DNA of 54,159 nt, taken from contig JAQUQW010000006.1 in the NCBI GenBank assembly GCA_028716245.1, positions 1-54,159 on the forward strand, read 5' to 3'. A program made the translations under genes and the position numbers. Shown here one piece after another: positions 54,001 through 54,159 of the stretch; the first letter of the stretch is position 1; every line of letters starts with the position of its first letter. The DNA is from Candidatus Omnitrophota bacterium. Lineage in GTDB: Bacteria; Omnitrophota; Gorgyraeia; Gygaellales; Profunditerraquicolaceae. The notes beneath the pieces were generated by a model that ran no database searches, was not told the origin of the DNA, and saw only the letters and a list, made by a program, of their open reading frames with translations.

Positions 54001-54157
54001 TTACCTCTGTAGCTGTTCTTATTGCTTCTTGTTTTGCTGCTCCTGCTTCTTGTTTTGCTGCTCCTGCTTCTTGTTTTGCTGCTCCTGCTTCTTGTTTTGC
54101 TGCTCCTGCTTCTTGTTTTGCTGCTCCTGCTTCTTGTTTTGCTGCTCCTGCTTCTTG
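2..54157 (-). CDS. Giant multidomain protein, partial at both ends (at least 18,052 aa); Omnitrophota-like giant gene
   Basis: The same minus-strand frame (codon first base = 1 mod 3) translates as sensible protein at both window ends and in every stretch I checked by hand, with no TAA/TAG/TGA. No ORF in the supplied track uses this frame, as expected if it never meets a stop. More than 25 recognisable domains lie in this one frame. Confidence 0.93.
330..640 (-). other. Small zincin-like HExxH module of the giant CDS
   Basis: ANAPPERE...LIVIFRHEIKHLINP; HEIKH at 383-397. Confidence 0.5.
750..1340 (-). other. hxlB: 6-phospho-3-hexuloisomerase-like SIS domain, copy 2 (domain of the giant CDS)
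   Basis: VFLGAIGRSD, ILLIVSGSGNT, ILITADPHSELAGLADFCIPIKG, SRSNFE, C-terminal KKEHSK: PHI/SIS pattern, partly degenerate. Confidence 0.75.
1390..1880 (-). other. hxlB: 6-phospho-3-hexuloisomerase-like SIS domain, copy 1 (domain of the giant CDS)
   Basis: LFINASGRSQIAG, KGDLVLAVSGSMGT, ILPLGSTFELL match PHI motifs. Confidence 0.8.
1970..2630 (-). other. hxlA: 3-hexulose-6-phosphate synthase/OMPDC-family barrel, copy 3 (domain)
   Basis: PKLIVALD, FKAKFPDKEIIADLE, GADAVYLH, IIIVGE; the family DxK lysine is replaced by E. Confidence 0.75.
2650..3240 (-). other. hxlA: 3-hexulose-6-phosphate synthase barrel, copy 2 (domain)
   Basis: LRKEFPEKKIVADLK, AFEAGADV, VPIAAAGGV, AGVKVIIVGGAIYNADNP. Confidence 0.85.
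3330..3700 (-). other. Partial (N-terminal half) hexulose-phosphate synthase barrel, copy 1 (domain)
   Basis: LLQVALDLID...AGGADWVEAGTPLIK is the typical HPS N-terminus; the sequence after it is divergent and truncated. Confidence 0.7.
4600..6870 (-). other. pgm: Phosphoglucomutase/phosphomannomutase (alpha-D-phosphohexomutase), full-length domain
   Basis: FGTAGIRG, IGYDSR, ISASHNP (Ser at 6254-6256), GTDPDADR, GAEESNGF, DKDG, IRPSGT. Confidence 0.95.
6960..7960 (-). other. Class I SAM methyltransferase-like domain
   Basis: MLDIGPGYPP, VVGLE, IIQGD, VRAFNVMTYY, VEEGGYIIVG. Confidence 0.6.
8050..8800 (-). other. Pol-beta-superfamily nucleotidyltransferase (class I CCA-adding/OAS-like) domain
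   Basis: LGSTARLTYIGNNPDFDI (GSxARxT...DxD), then IDL and KGGFVSVNTEQLLLQAGSF, which resembles the class I CCA-enzyme GGFSG..ELL...GSF segment. Confidence 0.6.
8950..9920 (-). other. 2H phosphoesterase-like domain with an internal insertion
   Basis: Two Hx(S/T) motifs: SALHMSI (~9730) and GLHISLGR (~9130), about 200 aa apart. Confidence 0.5.
10200..11400 (-). other. HAD-superfamily (type IIB, PMM/Cof-like) domain
   Basis: AVDMDLT (DxDxT), VSANE, FGGSTSIDC..DANKKGA, AIDDEMSSNGVGFD. Confidence 0.65.
12050..12540 (-). other. Nudix-fold (IDI-like) domain with a degenerate Nudix box
   Basis: HKTGQWHANSQIL, VLIQVR, SAAGHLFSDENYDKAAERIIFDETGI. Confidence 0.7.
12880..13440 (-). other. gmk: Guanylate kinase-like domain
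   Basis: GPSGSGKST Walker A at 13388-13411, RTTTRNPR, HRFVSEKQF, HYGFRYA. Confidence 0.85.
13560..14190 (-). other. Uridine kinase/PRK-like P-loop domain, degenerate
   Basis: VIGIIGLPYVGKKTLA, DVLIITGSY, IDFLTGI...TRLERKI. Confidence 0.6.
14250..15010 (-). other. HD-domain phosphohydrolase, copy 2
   Basis: QHSLQV...AALLHDTG...DHMQIGA...IEVHD...READR. Confidence 0.85.
16560..17090 (-). other. HD-domain phosphohydrolase, copy 1 (GlnD-HD-like)
   Basis: THTLEV...LLHDLGK...HPEIGA...EKH...IAD. Confidence 0.8.
17350..18400 (-). other. GDP-hexose phosphorylase (VTC2/GDPGP1-like HIT) domain A
   Basis: GFNF, PLAKGHIMILP, KIGFNSWGAWGSVNHQHLQG (17942-17990), FFEVGG. Confidence 0.85.
18780..19720 (-). 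other. HIT-type nucleotidyl phosphorylase (VTC2/DUF4922-like) domain B
   Basis: FNTSPIW...HMTV...HQ, NGW...AGASQAHSHAQ, SFNIL, ASSEFG. Confidence 0.7.
20150..22010 (-). other. L-fucose-1-phosphate guanylyltransferase-like domain (pyrophosphorylase half of FKGP), copy 1
   Basis: IPDPEGVRVGNGGA, ILIQAGGFGTRY, SKTLMPIP, LNGD, LGIV, FLEKP, YIDYGD, then a beta-helix-like segment; no GHMP kinase half follows. Confidence 0.8.
22380..23150 (-). other. DUF4922/Ap4A-phosphorylase-like HIT domain C
   Basis: VQINPNR...GCFLCPEN...PNPNPY..NHVV...FNSLNSAASSGHFHYQ...YNILF...FPR...CEMSGML. Confidence 0.8.
23290..24020 (-). other. YdcF/DUF218 (ElyC/SanA-like) domain
   Basis: LLMLLGNDD, IICCGG, TGEALIMANILIKQGVPKERIRLELRSQNTNDN, ILMQKPLQQRRA. 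Confidence 0.85.
24070..25620 (-). other. Sugar-1-phosphate nucleotidyltransferase (FKGP-like), copy 2
   Basis: VVITAGGQAQR...IGK, IYGD, ATKYGM, KFQEK, WYDTG, and a C-terminal DDVK...IFPV...SIED segment like fucose pyrophosphorylase. Confidence 0.65.
25840..28000 (-). other. pgi: Glucose-6-phosphate isomerase-like (double SIS) domain with a C-terminal extension
   Basis: VITSGIGANEM, MSRSGSTKETL, GDIGGR, QLLNEGGNK, and a NPAVK segment correspond to PGI motifs. Confidence 0.7.
28380..29200 (-). other. Class I SAM methyltransferase with an N-terminal Zn-ribbon
   Basis: CAICGS...KCHNDGFMWLNPQP; VLEVGFASGYLL; EGVDIS; SFDVV...DTLEHIPSP...ILKPEG. Confidence 0.9.
29260..29640 (-). other. Cupin domain (WbuC-like)
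   Basis: PHVH...HEIMIVLSG, GDII...GHSL, LLEIKQGPY. Confidence 0.75.
30090..30480 (-). other. Second small zincin-like module
   Basis: INGPPLKI...NTVHI...YFVAHHEFILHAY; same layout as the 330-640 module. Confidence 0.4.
30640..31900 (-). other. Radical SAM domain with a SPASM/twitch extension
   Basis: CQYHCPTC (Cys codons at 31766, 31754, 31745), FTGGGEPLL, FTDG, RISFNAG; C-terminal CLAC...DGTVYHC...YGNLKEQTLAEIWNS...CPPVC. Confidence 0.95.
34090..34790 (-). repeat. HEAT/PBS-lyase-like repeat array (about 7 units)
   Basis: Repeated VRSxAAxALGxLG...AVEPLIxAL and GPAAKAAIPALIEAL units, with exact nucleotide duplications inside the array. Confidence 0.92.
35132..35326. repeat. Near-perfect 99-bp in-frame tandem duplication (33 aa)
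   Basis: Copies start at 35132 and 35231; they encode LLEEKVELEKQALLDANKRNQDQVQIxxKEIL. Confidence 0.95.
36820..39750 (-). other. FKS/callose-synthase-like beta-1,3-glucan synthase (GT48) catalytic domain with flanking transmembrane segments
   Basis: RLWASYSFQPLSRTIRGMMYY (~38470-38535), EGKPEGQTNGIRYVRGE, IDVNQDFYLE, GFPEHI, VRFHYGHPD (~37862-37888), VNEDIFGG, GKAREV, GMGGGEQ, all in the canonical FKS order. Confidence 0.92.
43130..44080 (-). other. Clan GH-A (beta/alpha)8 glycoside hydrolase (GH2-TIM/GH158/GH72-like)
   Basis: IRGV, GINTIRTY, HPAVLMWEFGNE (acid/base Glu at 43703-43705), DPNHPV, VDVFGLNAY, ISETG (nucleophile Glu at 43421-43423), TWQDEYWK. Confidence 0.88.
46305..46333 (+). 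promoter_or_regulatory. Sigma70-type promoter for the nested antisense operon
   Basis: Perfect TTGACA at 46305-46310, 17-nt spacer, TG-c-TAATTT extended -10 at 46325-46333; the ATG at 46341 sits at the expected start site. Confidence 0.65.
46341..46553 (+). CDS. Nested antisense small membrane protein (70 aa, 2 TM), probably leaderless
   Basis: MEEDVFWTDSRRQLIAKALINLFQALVIALFISEAF...IAAIFVCPTKDPKED; upstream promoter; its 3' end carries the SD of the next ORF. Upstream in-frame starts at 46299 and 46317 are possible. Confidence 0.7.
   Translation: MEEDVFWTDSRRQLIAKALINLFQALVIALFISEAFAKATALWKLFFLSAMLSSLIAAIFVCPTKDPKED
46555..46644 (+). CDS. Nested antisense single-TM micro-protein (29 aa), translationally coupled
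   Basis: TAAGGAGG at 46541-46548, 6 nt before ATG 46555, which is 1 nt after the upstream TGA; MTALITLTIICLVILIWFGIDQYRHKHVH. Too short for the supplied ORF track. Confidence 0.7.
   Translation: MTALITLTIICLVILIWFGIDQYRHKHVH
46800..47500 (-). other. Membrane-embedded HExxH (M50/DUF3267-like) domain
   Basis: A TM helix leading into MHLPHELLHYAIF (HELLH at 47375-47389), followed by several hydrophobic helices. Confidence 0.5.
47850..48360 (-). other. Fic/Doc domain
   Basis: INKLHKEV...LGLRTEKV...VDPKDIPRSMEEYIDWL...FIIIHPYNNGNGRTASKL (His at 48071-48073). Confidence 0.9.
48720..49020 (-). other. GNAT acetyltransferase-like domain B
   Basis: AVGFVDV...LEVSFLFVAPDYQGHRISNLL. Confidence 0.7.
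50500..50900 (-). other. GNAT acetyltransferase domain A
   Basis: YVGYV...PYIAVSLKNGGIGTKLL...LLWVREDNKKAVRFYKK. Confidence 0.85.
51237..51506 (-). CDS. Nested same-strand, different-frame gene (89 aa hypothetical protein)
   Basis: AAGGAGGT SD at 51519-51512, 5 nt before the ATG; globular-looking sequence; upstream promoter. The giant frame across this stretch is S/P/T-rich and looks out of frame. Confidence 0.75.
   Translation of the reverse strand: MSPIKLEAIKIHHIIDSTSDYSTFAAAREHGSNKIRIFLVKDSGSVYAHNAQADAWKELVGSVADHIRYCISRARQNVPVYRVNTVETN
51546..51574 (-). promoter_or_regulatory. Sigma70-type promoter for the nested 89-aa gene, embedded in an inverted repeat
   Basis: TTAACA (51574-51569), 17 nt, TATTAT (51551-51546). 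Inverted-repeat arms AGCCGC/GCGGCT and GCTATTC/GAATAGC span 51551-51594. Confidence 0.55.
53030..53370 (-). repeat. Low-complexity Asn/Ser/Gly/Ala-rich linker of the giant CDS
   Basis: DANNNSNSGTSSSASNSANSNTDNTNSNSNTNNGNNNGDNGNANNNNGGNGGAGS... Confidence 0.9.
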
Positions 54158-54159
54158 TT
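54023..54159. repeat. Perfect 21-bp tandem repeat encoding (KQEAGAA)n, truncated by the window edge
   Basis: Unit tgcttcttgttttgctgctcc; 6 full copies plus 11 nt. Confidence 0.98.

Overview
The whole 54,159-nt window appears to be one internal slice of a single giant minus-strand ORF (codons at 54157 down to 2; at least 18,052 codons; start and stop both lie outside the window). I translated this frame by hand in many sampled stretches from end to end and found no stop codon. None of the supplied minus-strand ORFs is in this frame, which is what a stop-free frame would produce. From N to C the protein carries a KQEAGAA tandem repeat, an N/G/S-rich linker, two GNAT domains, a Fic domain, a membrane HExxH domain, a large exported region with a clan GH-A glycoside hydrolase, and an FKS/callose-synthase-like (GT48) beta-1,3-glucan synthase. 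It continues with helical and HEAT repeats, radical SAM/SPASM, cupin, methyltransferase, PGI-like, two fucose-pyrophosphorylase-like domains, DUF218, three HIT-type GDP-hexose phosphorylase-like domains and two HD domains. It ends with two P-loop kinases, Nudix, HAD, 2H phosphoesterase, a Pol-beta NTase, a methyltransferase, phosphoglucomutase, and tandem HPS/PHI domains. Most modules are separated by an x-D-G-G linker (27 copies found). The giant frame also reads straight through what look like three small independent genes with their own expression signals: an antisense two-gene operon (46341-46644) and a same-strand, different-frame gene (51237-51506). The architecture resembles Omnitrophota giant proteins (inference). 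Domain boundaries are approximate hand estimates, and no database searches were run.
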